Counted from the first letter of the stretch, positions 8,386 through 16,054 are shown. The stretch is 24,000 nucleotides of DNA from Streptomyces caniscabiei (GCF_014930365.1 NZ_JABXWI010000013.1:111546-135545); one strand, 5' to 3'. Notes: a model not told the origin generated them from the sequence alone. A program made the numbers and translations.

Positions 8386-9634
8386 TGGGCGCGAGGTCGG
8401 TGCCGGCGCCCCGGCGGCGTACGGCCACCAGATCCGTACGGGCCTCGCCGGCCGGAGCCGCGGCGGCCGGGGCGGGCGTAGCCGTACCGCACACACCACC
8501 CCCCGCGTGCGACCCACAACCCGCGCCCGCGCTCGCGCCTTCGCTCTCGTGCGACCCGCAGCCGCCCCCGGCGTGCGATCCGCAGCCCGCGCTCTCCCCG
8601 GACCCGCAGCCCCCGCCGGCGGTCACGGTCGCCCGGTGCTCCGGGAGCGTCACCTGGTCGGCGCCCTCCACCTCGAAGCCGGCGTCCGCGATCATCTCCA
8701 GGTCGGCCTTGCCGGCCTGGCCCTCGCTGGTGAGGTAGTCGCCGAGGAAGATCGAGTTGGCCAGGTGCAGGGCGAGCGGCTGCATCGTGCGCAGATGGAC
8801 CTCGCGGCCGCCCGCGATGCGGACCTCGGCGTCCGGGCAGACGAACCGCACCATCGCCAGGATCCGCAGACAGCGCTGGGGGGTGAGGTTCCACTCCTTG
8901 GCCAGCGGGGTGCCCTCGAAGGGGATGAGGAAGTTCACCGGAACGGAGTCCGGGTCCAGTTCGCGCAGCGAGAAGACCACGTCGACGAGGTCCTCGTCGC
9001 TCTCGCCCATGCCCGCGATCAGACCCGAGCAGGCGGACAGACCGGCCGCGTGCGCCTTGTTGACCGTGTCCACCCGGTCGGCGTACGTGTGCGTCGTCGT
9101 GATCTCGCCGTACGTCGCCTCGGACGTGTTCAGGTTGTGGTTGTAGGCGTCCGCGCCGGCCTCGCGCAGCCGCTCCGCCTGGCCGTCGGAGAGCAGACCG
9201 AGGCAGGCGCACACCTCCACGCCCTCGTTGCCGTCCTTGATCGCCTTGATGGTGTCCGAGACCCGCTCGACGTCCCGGTCGGTCGGACCGCGCCCGGAGG
9301 CCACCAGACAGACCCGCTTGGCGCCCCCGGCGAGCCCGGCCGCGGCGGCCTCCGACGCCTCGTGGGGCTTGAGCCAGGTGTACTTGAGGATGCCGGCGGT
9401 CGAACCGAGCCGCTGGGAACAGTAGGAGCAGTCCTCGGGACAGAGACCGGACTTGAGGTTGACCAGATAGTTCAGTTTCACCCGGCGCCCGAACCAGTGC
9501 CGGCGTACCTTCCCGGCCGCGGCCACCACGTCCAACAGCTCGTCGTCGGAGGTGCCGAGAACGGCGAGCGCCTCGGCACGGCTCAGCGGCTCGCGCCGGA
9601 GCCCCTTGTCCACCAGCGTGTTCAGCAGGTCCAT
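8378..9634 (-). CDS. bioB: Biotin synthase (radical SAM) with a C-terminal extension of about 85 aa
   Basis: Radical-SAM motif [10 protein letters not shown], starting [12 protein letters not shown] at 9634. The 3' end overlaps the bioA start by 8 nt. The tail after ...GFEVEG is Gly/Cys/Ser/His-rich. Confidence 0.9.
   Translation of the reverse strand: MDLLNTLVDKGLRREPLSRAEALAVLGTSDDELLDVVAAAGKVRRHWFGRRVKLNYLVNLKSGLCPEDCSYCSQRLGSTAGILKYTWLKPHEASEAAAAGLAGGAKRVCLVASGRGPTDRDVERVSDTIKAIKDGNEGVEVCACLGLLSDGQAERLREAGADAYNHNLNTSEATYGEITTTHTYADRVDTVNKAHAAGLSACSGLIAGMGESDEDLVDVVFSLRELDPDSVPVNFLIPFEGTPLAKEWNLTPQRCLRILAMVRFVCPDAEVRIAGGREVHLRTMQPLALHLANSIFLGDYLTSEGQAGKADLEMIADAGFEVEGADQVTLPEHRATVTAGGGCGSGESAGCGSHAGGGCGSHESEGASAGAGCGSHAGGGVCGTATPAPAAAAPAGEARTDLVAVRRRGAGTDLAPNA
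8486..8617 (-). repeat. In-frame coding repeat in the bioB tail, encoding [44 protein letters not shown]
   Basis: The plus strand shows reiterated gtgcgacccgcagcc-type units. The translation contains five Cys and three His in 44 residues, with CGSH occurring three times. Confidence 0.75.
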
Positions 9635-9829
9635 GAGAGCCGATCCTGTCCTACGGGACCGCTCCCGGCCAAGGATGGTTCGGACAACAGAGTGCGATCG
9701 ACGTGTGGGTATTGCCACATCGTGGGTGGCTGGTCCGCCCGTTAGTGTCTGTGCACTGCCTACAAAAGCCCCCGCCGAGCCGTCCACGACGGCCCGGTGC
9801 TGTGGGCCGCACATCAAACCGGAGGACAC
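9635..9829. promoter_or_regulatory. Divergent bioB / bioF promoter region
   Basis: 195-bp gap between divergent starts. It contains the inverted repeat TGTGG-N6-CCACA (9704..9719) and two GTGGGT direct repeats. No promoter hexamers could be assigned with confidence. Confidence 0.35.
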
Positions 9830-10960
9830 ATGGGGTTCGGCTGGATCGACGAGCAGGCCTCGGCGCGCCGCCGGGCCGGGCTGGTGCGGACCCTGCGCCC
9901 CCGCCCCGCCGACTCGCCGCTCCTGGACCTCGCGAGCAACGACTACCTGGGGCTCGCCCGGCACCCCGAGATCACCGAGGGCGCCGCCGAGGCCGCGCGC
10001 CGGTGGGGCGGCGGTGCCACCGGCTCCCGGCTCGTCACCGGCACCACCGAACTCCACGGCGAGCTGGAGCGGGAACTCGCCGACTTCTGCGGCTTCGAGG
10101 CCGCCCTCGTCTTCTCCTCCGGCTACGCGGCCAACCTCGCCGCCGTCACCGCGCTCGCCCCGCACGACTCCCTGATCGTCTCGGACGCGGGCAACCACGC
10201 CTCCCTCATCGACGGCTGCCGGCTGGCTCGGGGCACCACCCAGGTCGTGGCCCACGCCGACCCGGAGGCGTTCCGCAAGGCGCTGGCCATGGGGGGCGGG
10301 GTGCCCGCCGTGGCCGTCTCCGACACGGTCTTCTCCGTGGACGGCGACGCCGCCCCGCTGGCCTCCCTCGCCACCGCCTGCCGTGAGTTCGGCGCGGGGC
10401 TCGTGGTGGACGACGCGCACGGGCTCGGGGTCCTCGGCGACGGCGGCCGTGGCGCGCCGTACGCGGCGGGGCTCGCGGGCGACCCCGATGTGGTCGTGAC
10501 GGTCACGCTGTCGAAGTCGCTGGGCAGCCAGGGCGGTGCCGTGCTCGGCCCCGCGAAGGTCATCGACCACCTGGTCAACGCGGCCCGGACGTTCATCTTC
10601 GACACCGGACTGGCCCCGGCGGCGACCGGCGCGGCGCTCGCCGCGCTCCGGCTGCTGCGCCGTGAGCCGGAGCGCGCGGCACGGGCCCGTGAGGTGGCGC
10701 GGGAGCTGCACGCACGGCTGACGGCGTCGGGCCATGAAGCGGTGCGGCCCGACGCCGCCGTGGTGTCCGTACGCGCGCCGTCGCCGGATCAGGCGGTGCG
10801 GTGGGCGGCGGACTGCCGTACGGCGGGTCTCGCCGTCGGCTGTTTCCGCCCACCGTCCGTACCCGACGGCGTGTCACGGCTGCGGCTGACCGCCCGCGCG
10901 GATCTCACACGGGAGCAGATCGACCGAGCCGTGGGGATCATCGGCGACACGCGACCGTGA
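9830..10960 (+). CDS. bioF: 8-amino-7-oxononanoate synthase
   Basis: Start MGFGWIDEQ at ATG 9830, with GGAGGA at 9821..9826. PLP-lysine motif [11 protein letters not shown]. Collinear with the alpha-oxoamine synthase family. Confidence 0.9.
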   Translation: MGFGWIDEQASARRRAGLVRTLRPRPADSPLLDLASNDYLGLARHPEITEGAAEAARRWGGGATGSRLVTGTTELHGELERELADFCGFEAALVFSSGYAANLAAVTALAPHDSLIVSDAGNHASLIDGCRLARGTTQVVAHADPEAFRKALAMGGGVPAVAVSDTVFSVDGDAAPLASLATACREFGAGLVVDDAHGLGVLGDGGRGAPYAAGLAGDPDVVVTVTLSKSLGSQGGAVLGPAKVIDHLVNAARTFIFDTGLAPAATGAALAALRLLRREPERAARAREVARELHARLTASGHEAVRPDAAVVSVRAPSPDQAVRWAADCRTAGLAVGCFRPPSVPDGVSRLRLTARADLTREQIDRAVGIIGDTRP

Positions 10961-11017
10961 GTCGGCGTCAGGGCCGGGCGTCGCCGTAAGCGGAAGTGCG
11001 CACGCTGTCGGTGGCGG

Positions 11018-11242
11018 TCACCGCAGCGTGGTGATGAATCCCTCCCAGGCGTCGGGATCGAACAGCAGGGCGGGCCCCGCCGTGTTCTTCGAATCGCGTA
11101 CGGCCACCAGGCCGGCCCAGCGGCCGGACGCGGGACGGGCCGTCTCCACGCAGTTGTTCATTCCGGTGCTGCGACTGCTGCGCAGCCATCGCACTCCGCG
11201 TAGTTCGGTACTGGTGGGTACGTTCCGAGGCAGTGCGGACAT
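11018..11242 (-). CDS. DUF397 domain protein (BldB/WhiJ-associated family)
   Basis: 74 aa. WLRSSRSTGMNNCVETA ... VAVRDSKNTAGPALLFDPDAWEGFI is the DUF397 signature. AAGGAGG lies upstream of the ATG, which is 9 nt after the XRE gene stop. Confidence 0.85.
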   Translation of the reverse strand: MSALPRNVPTSTELRGVRWLRSSRSTGMNNCVETARPASGRWAGLVAVRDSKNTAGPALLFDPDAWEGFITTLR

Positions 11243-11251
11243 GGTGCCTCC

Positions 11252-12112
11252 TTACGCGCCGGCGGCTAGCCCGGCGATGTAATCCAACGAGTCCTCGGGC
11301 GAAAGGGCGTGGATCTGAAGGGCGTTGAAGGCCTCGACATACGCCTTGAGGTCTTCTTTCCGTTCGAGGTAGAGGCTACTCGTCAAGTGGTCGAGAACAA
11401 CCACGTCCAGATCGGATGTGCTCCGAAATGAGAAAATTACGAAAGGACCCGTGACGCCGATGTGCGCCCCGGCAGTGAACGGCAGCACCTGGAGTCGCAC
11501 CTGCGGGAGGCGGGCCGCCTCGACGAGCCGGCCCAGCTGCCGGGCCATGATCTCGGGACCGCCCACCTCGCGGCGGAGAACGCCCTCGTCGAGCACGGCA
11601 CTCAGCTTCAGCGGCGGGTTCCCGCGCAGGACTTCCTGCCGTGCCAGCCGCACTTCCACGAGCGCGTCGAGTTTGTCGTCTTCCAGCCCCTCCACCGCGG
11701 CCCGTGTCACCGCCCGCGCGTACTCGGGGATCTGCAGCAGACCCGGCACGACCGAGGTCTCCAGCGTCCGCATCCCCCCGGCCTGCGACTCCAGACTGAT
11801 GAAGTCCCGGTACGTCGGCGGCAGTACGCCCCGGTAGGCGTGCCACCAGTTGTGCCGCCCGCCGCCGTCCTCGGAGCCCGCGAGCGCCAGCAGCAGCTCC
11901 CGTAACTCGGTGTCGGCGACCCCGTAGGCGTCCAGCAGCTTGCGTACGTCCGCCGGCTTCACGCCGCTGGCGCCCGTCTCGATCCGGCTCACCTTGGACT
12001 GGTGCCAGCCCACGCGATGGGCGGCCTCGATGCTGGTGAGCGCGGAACGGGTGCGCAGGACACGCAACTCGGCACCGAGCCTGCGGCGGCGCACCGCCGG
12101 ACCGTACTGCAT
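11252..12112 (-). CDS. XRE-family HTH regulator with a WhiJ/AbaA-type (DUF5753-like) C-terminal domain
   Basis: Start MQYGPAVRRRRLGAELRVLR at 12112, with GGAAGGAGA upstream. HTH segment TSIEAAHRVGWHQSKVSRIETG. The long C-terminal domain is typical of Streptomyces WhiJ-like paralogs. Confidence 0.85.
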   Translation of the reverse strand: MQYGPAVRRRRLGAELRVLRTRSALTSIEAAHRVGWHQSKVSRIETGASGVKPADVRKLLDAYGVADTELRELLLALAGSEDGGGRHNWWHAYRGVLPPTYRDFISLESQAGGMRTLETSVVPGLLQIPEYARAVTRAAVEGLEDDKLDALVEVRLARQEVLRGNPPLKLSAVLDEGVLRREVGGPEIMARQLGRLVEAARLPQVRLQVLPFTAGAHIGVTGPFVIFSFRSTSDLDVVVLDHLTSSLYLERKEDLKAYVEAFNALQIHALSPEDSLDYIAGLAAGA

Positions 12113-12224
12113 GGGTTTTCTCCTTCCGCCCGGCGCGCGAAGTCGGGGTGACGACAGAGGATGGAGGAGAACTCCACCGAAATACGGTCGGCCGTCGGAT
12201 AGTTCACCGCTTCGAGCGACAGAT

Positions 12225-12234
12225 ATATGCATAT
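12225..12234. promoter_or_regulatory. Perfect AT-rich palindrome ATATGCATAT in the divergent XRE / ATPase intergenic region (candidate operator and -10 region)
   Basis: It is embedded in agATATATGCATATct (12221..12236), the most AT-rich spot in a 248-bp intergenic region of a high-GC genome. It can also be read as AGATAT-N4-ATATCT. Confidence 0.4.
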
Positions 12235-12360
12235 CTTGGTGGATCGCCACCCGTGACGGCCCAGGTAGTGGCAGTCTGGCGCGAAGCACCAGTCCGGGAC
12301 CGTAGTCGAACCATCCGCTCCCTGTCGGACACCGGTCCCGTGGGAAAGGGACGCCTCGCC

Positions 12361-12819
12361 ATGGCAGATCACCTGGAAGCATCCGTCACTCTGCCGAGCG
12401 ATCCCGCCTCGGTGTCCACCGCCCGGAACTACGTCGCCGGCGTGCTCGCCGAATGGGGCCTGCCGGGCGACACCGACATCGCGGACACCGTGCGCCTGAT
12501 CGTGTCCGAGCTCGCCACCAACGCCGTCCAGCACACCCTCGGCCAGTCGCCCACCTTCACCGTGGACCTCGCCCTCGACCGCGACGAGCAGCTGCGCATC
12601 GGGGTCACCGACAGCCATCCACGCTTCCCGAAACGGTTGCCGGCCGCCGTCCAGCAGGACAACGGCCGGGGCATGGTGATCATCCGCTGGCTGACCGCGG
12701 AGTGCGGCGGCAGGCTGAGCGTCAGACCCACCCGGGAGGGCGGCAAGACGGTGGCGATCGAACTGCCGTGGACGGTCTCGGCGCAGCCGGTCAGCGCGGG
12801 CGGTCCACAGGAATCCTGA
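12361..12819 (+). CDS. SpoIIAB/RsbW-like ATP-binding protein (HATPase_c, anti-sigma-factor kinase type)
   Basis: 152 aa from ATG 12361 (MADHLEASVTLPSDPASVSTARNYV). N-box SELATNAVQH and G-box QQDNGRGM. Divergent from the XRE gene, as in whiJ-type loci. Confidence 0.8.
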   Translation: MADHLEASVTLPSDPASVSTARNYVAGVLAEWGLPGDTDIADTVRLIVSELATNAVQHTLGQSPTFTVDLALDRDEQLRIGVTDSHPRFPKRLPAAVQQDNGRGMVIIRWLTAECGGRLSVRPTREGGKTVAIELPWTVSAQPVSAGGPQES

Positions 12820-13339
12820 CGGGGTCCTCGTCCGGGGCCGACCGTGCCGAGGAGTCGTGGTGGTCGGAGAAGCGGACCACCAGCTTGGGGAGCACGGCCC
12901 ACAGGAGGAGGCAGACGAGGAATGTGCCGGCCCCGGCGGCCATCCCCGCCTTCCGGCCGAGCGTCACGTCCACGACGAGCAGGACGGAGCCGGTGAAGGC
13001 CGGCATCAGCACGATCAGTCCGGCGGTGGCCAGCCGGGACGACACCTGGACGATGAGGGGCTTGGCGTTCTGCTGGAAGAGCGAGCGGTGCAGGGCGGCC
13101 GGGGCGGTGAAGAGCGTCGCCGCGAGGACCGCGAGCAGCAGGGTGACGACGTAGGTGGCGCGCTGGACGGAGTCCAGGTCCGGGAAGCGCGGGGTGAAGG
13201 CCAGCGTCAGCAGGAACGCGAAGAGGATCTGTACCCCGGTCTGGGTGACGCGCAACTCCTGGAGCAGCTCGGAGAAGTTGCGGTCGGCGCGTTCGAGGGG
13301 GGTCTCGTTGCGTGCGGGTCTGGTGCGTTCGTCGGCCAT
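12791..13339 (-). CDS. DUF6328-like integral membrane protein
   Basis: I chose the start MADERTRPARNETPLERADRNFSELLQELRVTQTGVQILFAFLL at 13339. There are about four hydrophobic segments. The family name is from recall. Confidence 0.7.
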   Translation of the reverse strand: MADERTRPARNETPLERADRNFSELLQELRVTQTGVQILFAFLLTLAFTPRFPDLDSVQRATYVVTLLLAVLAATLFTAPAALHRSLFQQNAKPLIVQVSSRLATAGLIVLMPAFTGSVLLVVDVTLGRKAGMAAGAGTFLVCLLLWAVLPKLVVRFSDHHDSSARSAPDEDPVRIPVDRPR

Positions 13340-13374
13340 GGTCGAACGGGTATCCAAAACCGCCGGTCGCACGC

Positions 13375-13412
13375 CCGTCGGGGGCGGTGGAGAACCCCGC
13401 CGCCCCCGACGG
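13375..13412 (-). terminator. GC hairpin downstream of the NlpC/P60 gene
   Basis: ccgtcgggggcgg (13375..13387) pairs with ccgcccccgacgg (13400..13412), giving a 13-bp perfect stem and a 12-nt loop. It lies 5 nt past the stop at 13417. Confidence 0.5.
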
Positions 13413-13416
13413 TGGG

Positions 13417-13890
13417 TCAGCGGACCCGGCCGTACCAGACGTTCTTCGTCCACAGCTTCTGCAGCCGGACGACGTCACCCGTCTTCGGCGAGTGCCAGAT
13501 CTTTCCCTTCCCCGCGTAGATACCGACGTGGTAGACGTTCGAGCCCGAGTGGAAGAAGACGAGGTCTCCGAGCTTGCGGCTGCTCGCGGAGATGTGCTTC
13601 GTCTTGTTGTACTGCTGCTGAGCAGTACGGGGCAGCTTCTTGCCCGCCTTCTTGAACGAGTAGAGCGTCAGCCCTGAGCAGTCGAACCTGCTCGGGCCCA
13701 CGGCGCCGTACTTGTAAGGGGAGCCCTTCTTGGAAGCCGCGACCTTGAGTGCCTTCGACGCCACCGTGGCGGCCTCGGCGCCGGATGCGGCGCCCGGGAC
13801 CACGATGCTGCCGCTGACAGCGGCGATGGTCAGAGCCGAGGCCGTGCCGGCCCGGGTCAACAGCGACGGGACACGATTCAGCGCAGTCAT
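13417..13890 (-). CDS. Secreted NlpC/P60-family peptidoglycan endopeptidase
   Basis: I chose the start MTALNRVPSLLTRAGTASALTIAAV (signal peptide) at 13890. Catalytic Cys in RFDCSGLT and His in VYHVGIYAG. Confidence 0.85.
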   Translation of the reverse strand: MTALNRVPSLLTRAGTASALTIAAVSGSIVVPGAASGAEAATVASKALKVAASKKGSPYKYGAVGPSRFDCSGLTLYSFKKAGKKLPRTAQQQYNKTKHISASSRKLGDLVFFHSGSNVYHVGIYAGKGKIWHSPKTGDVVRLQKLWTKNVWYGRVR

Positions 13891-13899
13891 GCGCAACCC

Positions 13900-14075
13900 T
13901 TCGTCAGCCGCCTGTGAAGGATGACCTGTCGGATTCGGGCTGGCGAAGTTGCCCGGCCGCTGACGCGGCTTCACCCCAAGGGCTGCTCGACGCGGTCATG
14001 GCGTGACCGTTCCGGCGACCCGTCGTGCTTGGGTCCTCCACTCCTGCCGATGCACTTCTGTCGACCGGTCATCCG
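13900..14075 (-). promoter_or_regulatory. ydaO-yuaA class (c-di-AMP) riboswitch in the 5' leader of the NlpC/P60 gene (boundaries +/- 30 nt)
   Basis: The minus strand reads ...GGAGGACCCA (14039..14030) ... CUUGGGGUGAA (13980..13970) ... GCCGGGCAAC ... GCCCGAAUCCGACAGGUCAUCC (13940..13919). These correspond to the conserved ydaO blocks GGGGACCCA / GGGGUGAAUC / GGUAGGG / CCCGAACCCGACAGCUAACC. The location upstream of a cell-wall hydrolase gene is typical for actinobacteria. Confidence 0.75.
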
Positions 14076-14435
14076 GGCGGCGGCAGGACTCGGCGTCCAC
14101 CCGGATCGCCCCGCCGCTGCGGCGGGGGCTTGTCGTCAGGAAGGGATCTTGGCGCACAGAAGTCCGAAAATCCCAACGGAACCGGGGATTTGTGGTCTTA
14201 CTCACCACTCGCCCGTTCGGGTGGACAGACCATTTTCGGCTGTTGTGTCCAGTCGGTCGAGGAGGCCCGCACCAGCGCCGGAATGGCATATTCCGGCCCG
14301 GTACCAGGCATGTTGCGCAACTTCACAGGTCCTCACGACGTATGGGCCGATGGGTCGATCGCGGTAGGCCGTCCGGACGGCGTGAAACCTGGACCGGACG
14401 CCCCGTCAGTAGTACGGCGAGCGCCCCGGATCGGT

Positions 14436-14753
14436 TCAGGCGGGTGAATCCTCCGGTTCCGGCGGCAGCGCCACCCGGCCCGCGCGCCGCTCGCCGTCCA
14501 GGACCCGCAGGGCTCGCGCGAGCGTCGGGGCGTGCACCTCGTTCTCCCCGCGCGCGTGCATCAGTTCGAGCGCATCGCGCAGGGCGGTCGCCTTGGCGAC
14601 GAGCGCCTGCGCCGCGCGCAACCCGCGGTAGGTGTCACCCGGTCGGGCCGGATTGATCCGGCCGAGCAGATCGACCACATCCAGATAACGGTCGATCAGC
14701 TCGGCCTCGGCGCGCGTGAGCGCGGGCAACGGCGGCAGTTCGGGCGGCAGCAT
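14436..14753 (-). CDS. Hypothetical 105-aa protein, predicted helical, coupled to clpP
   Basis: The ATG at 14753 is 7 nt after the clpP stop (14761). GC3-rich codon usage is consistent with coding. I recognise no family (MLPPELPPLPALTRAEAELIDRYLDVVDLLGRI...). Confidence 0.6.
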   Translation of the reverse strand: MLPPELPPLPALTRAEAELIDRYLDVVDLLGRINPARPGDTYRGLRAAQALVAKATALRDALELMHARGENEVHAPTLARALRVLDGERRAGRVALPPEPEDSPA

Positions 14754-14760
14754 CGGCGGC

Positions 14761-15399
14761 TCACCTCGAGCCGGGGAGCGTCGAGGTCCTGCGGCTCGGG
14801 ATCACCCGGTCGGCCAGCCCGTACTCCACCGCCGCCTCGGCGTCGAGGAACAGGTCCCGCTCGATGTCGGCGCTGATCCGCTCGGGACTCCGGCCCGTGT
14901 GCCGGGCGAGCATCTCCTCCAGCTTCCGGCGGTGGCGGGTCAACTCCTCGGCCTGGATCGCCAGATCGGTGGCCTGCCCCTCGATCCGGTCGGCCACCGC
15001 CGGCTGGTGGATCAGTACGCGCGCCCCCGGCAGCACGAACCGCTTGCCCGGCGTGCCCGCCGCGAGCAGCACCGCGGCGGCCGAACCCGCCTGCCCGAGG
15101 CACACGGTCTCCACGTCGCAGGTGACGAAGCGGAGGGTGTCGTAGAGGGCCGTCATCGCGCTGAACGAGCCGCCGGGCGAGTTGATGTACAGCGAGATGT
15201 CGCGGTCCGGCGACTGGTGTTCGAGGTGCATGAACTGCGCCGTCACGTCGTTCGCCGACGTCTCGTCGATCTGCGTCCCGAGGAACACGATCCGTTCTTC
15301 CAGCAACTTCGCATACGGATCCATCGTTCGGTGACCCGCACTGGTGCGCTCGGTGAACTCGGGCAGCATCTGACGGGCCGACGGTCGGTTCGCGGGCAT
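14761..15399 (-). CDS. clpP: ATP-dependent Clp protease proteolytic subunit (orphan paralog)
   Basis: Start [20 protein letters not shown] at 15399, with GAGGAGG 8 nt upstream. Catalytic Ser in [16 protein letters not shown], His in RVLIHQP, Asp in [19 protein letters not shown]. No second clpP gene is adjacent. Confidence 0.9.
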   Translation of the reverse strand: MPANRPSARQMLPEFTERTSAGHRTMDPYAKLLEERIVFLGTQIDETSANDVTAQFMHLEHQSPDRDISLYINSPGGSFSAMTALYDTLRFVTCDVETVCLGQAGSAAAVLLAAGTPGKRFVLPGARVLIHQPAVADRIEGQATDLAIQAEELTRHRRKLEEMLARHTGRSPERISADIERDLFLDAEAAVEYGLADRVIPSRRTSTLPGSR

Positions 15400-15480
15400 G
15401 GGACACGCCTCCTCTGATCGACTTCCGTAAAAAATGTACAGGACGTACGTATCGAGGAGGAGGGGATCGGCCGAGAGCGA

Positions 15481-15512
15481 ACGTCCCCGCGAGCCGGGCT
15501 CCGCGGGGACGT
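15481..15512 (-). terminator. GC hairpin between the Tat-signal protein gene and clpP
   Basis: acgtccccgcg (15481..15491) pairs with cgcggggacgt (15502..15512), giving an 11-bp perfect stem and a 10-nt loop. It lies 22 nt past the stop at 15534. Confidence 0.5.
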
Positions 15513-15533
15513 GCATTGCGACGAGGGGTGGGG

Positions 15534-15908
15534 TCAGTTGAGCGGCGCGGGGGCCGGGGTCCCGTAGAAGGTGACCGGCGGCCACCCGCGGGCGGCGGCG
15601 AGTTCGTTCAATGCCTCCGCGACCTCCAGCGCGCCGATCCGCTGTGCCGCCGGGGCCTCGACGGCGCTCACGGTGAAGCTCAGGGTCAGTTCCGTCATCT
15701 CGGTGCCGGGCATCCGGACGGTTCCGCTGAACCGGGTGCCCTCCGGAAAGTCGACCGCGGCCGTCCCGCTCTCGGCGCTCGCGGTCACCGCCGCGCCGCC
15801 CGCATGTGTCGTCGTGGCCGCCTGTGCCGTGCCGCCCGACGCGAGCACCGCTCCCGCTGCCGCCGTCCCCGAGTACCCGAGCAGTGAACGCCTGGAAAAG
15901 CTGGACAT
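15534..15908 (-). CDS. Small secreted protein with a twin-arginine (Tat) signal peptide
   Basis: [30 protein letters not shown] has an SRRxLL Tat motif and an AQA cleavage site. The mature part is about 95 aa and I recognise no family. Confidence 0.7.
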   Translation of the reverse strand: MSSFSRRSLLGYSGTAAAGAVLASGGTAQAATTTHAGGAAVTASAESGTAAVDFPEGTRFSGTVRMPGTEMTELTLSFTVSAVEAPAAQRIGALEVAEALNELAAARGWPPVTFYGTPAPAPLN

Positions 15909-16054
15909 GGGATCCCCCTCCGACTCTGTTCGGTTGTCATGAACGCCTCCCTGAGGGGGGTCGAGCCCGATCGTACGAACGGGTCGATCGCCGTGGGCCA
16001 GAATGGGATCTTCCGCTCGGGGCGACGCGCGGCGCCCGGTCTAAGCTGGGCTCC

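Noticed and set aside
8470-8625. Short tandem repeats (gtgcgacccgcagcc-like) that could superficially suggest a CRISPR or VNTR array
   Set aside because: The units are short, irregular and lack spacers. They lie in frame within bioB, where they encode the Gly/Cys/Ser/His tail. This is not a CRISPR array.
8216-9745. 509-aa plus-strand ORF and 282-aa minus-strand ORF (8364..9212) overlapping bioB/bioA
   Set aside because: These are shadow frames of bioB. They have no recognisable domains and an Arg/Gly/Pro-rich composition. The bioB frame carries the radical-SAM CxxxCxxC motif.
12429-13478. 349-aa minus-strand ORF and several plus-strand ORFs (12453..13154, 12857..13519, 13155..13655)
   Set aside because: They are shadows of the ATPase, DUF6328 and NlpC/P60 genes, with low-complexity composition and no motifs.
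14100-14220. Attempted promoter assignment for the riboswitch leader (for example TTGGGA ... CAAGAT on the minus strand)
   Set aside because: The spacing is 19 nt and the hexamer matches are poor. No promoter can be called from sequence alone.
13921-14656. Track ORFs in the NlpC/P60 leader (13921..14367 +, 14003..14656 +, 14025..14447 +, 13996..14289 -)
   Set aside because: They have no SD and no family resemblance, and their composition is unlike the neighbouring genes. The region is better explained as a riboswitch-containing 5' leader.
15469-15482. Possible ClgR-type operator upstream of clpP (minus strand GTTCGC-tctcg-GCC)
   Set aside because: Only one half-site resembles the GTTCGC-N5-GCG(AA) type motif I recall. 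The second half is GCCGA, and the sequence overlaps a terminator stem. The evidence is insufficient.
15965-15990. Short palindromes TCGTACGA and CGATCG (twice) upstream of the Phd/YefM gene, considered as an antitoxin operator
   Set aside because: They are only 6-8 bp, self-complementary, GC-rich motifs that occur easily by chance, and there is no extended symmetry.
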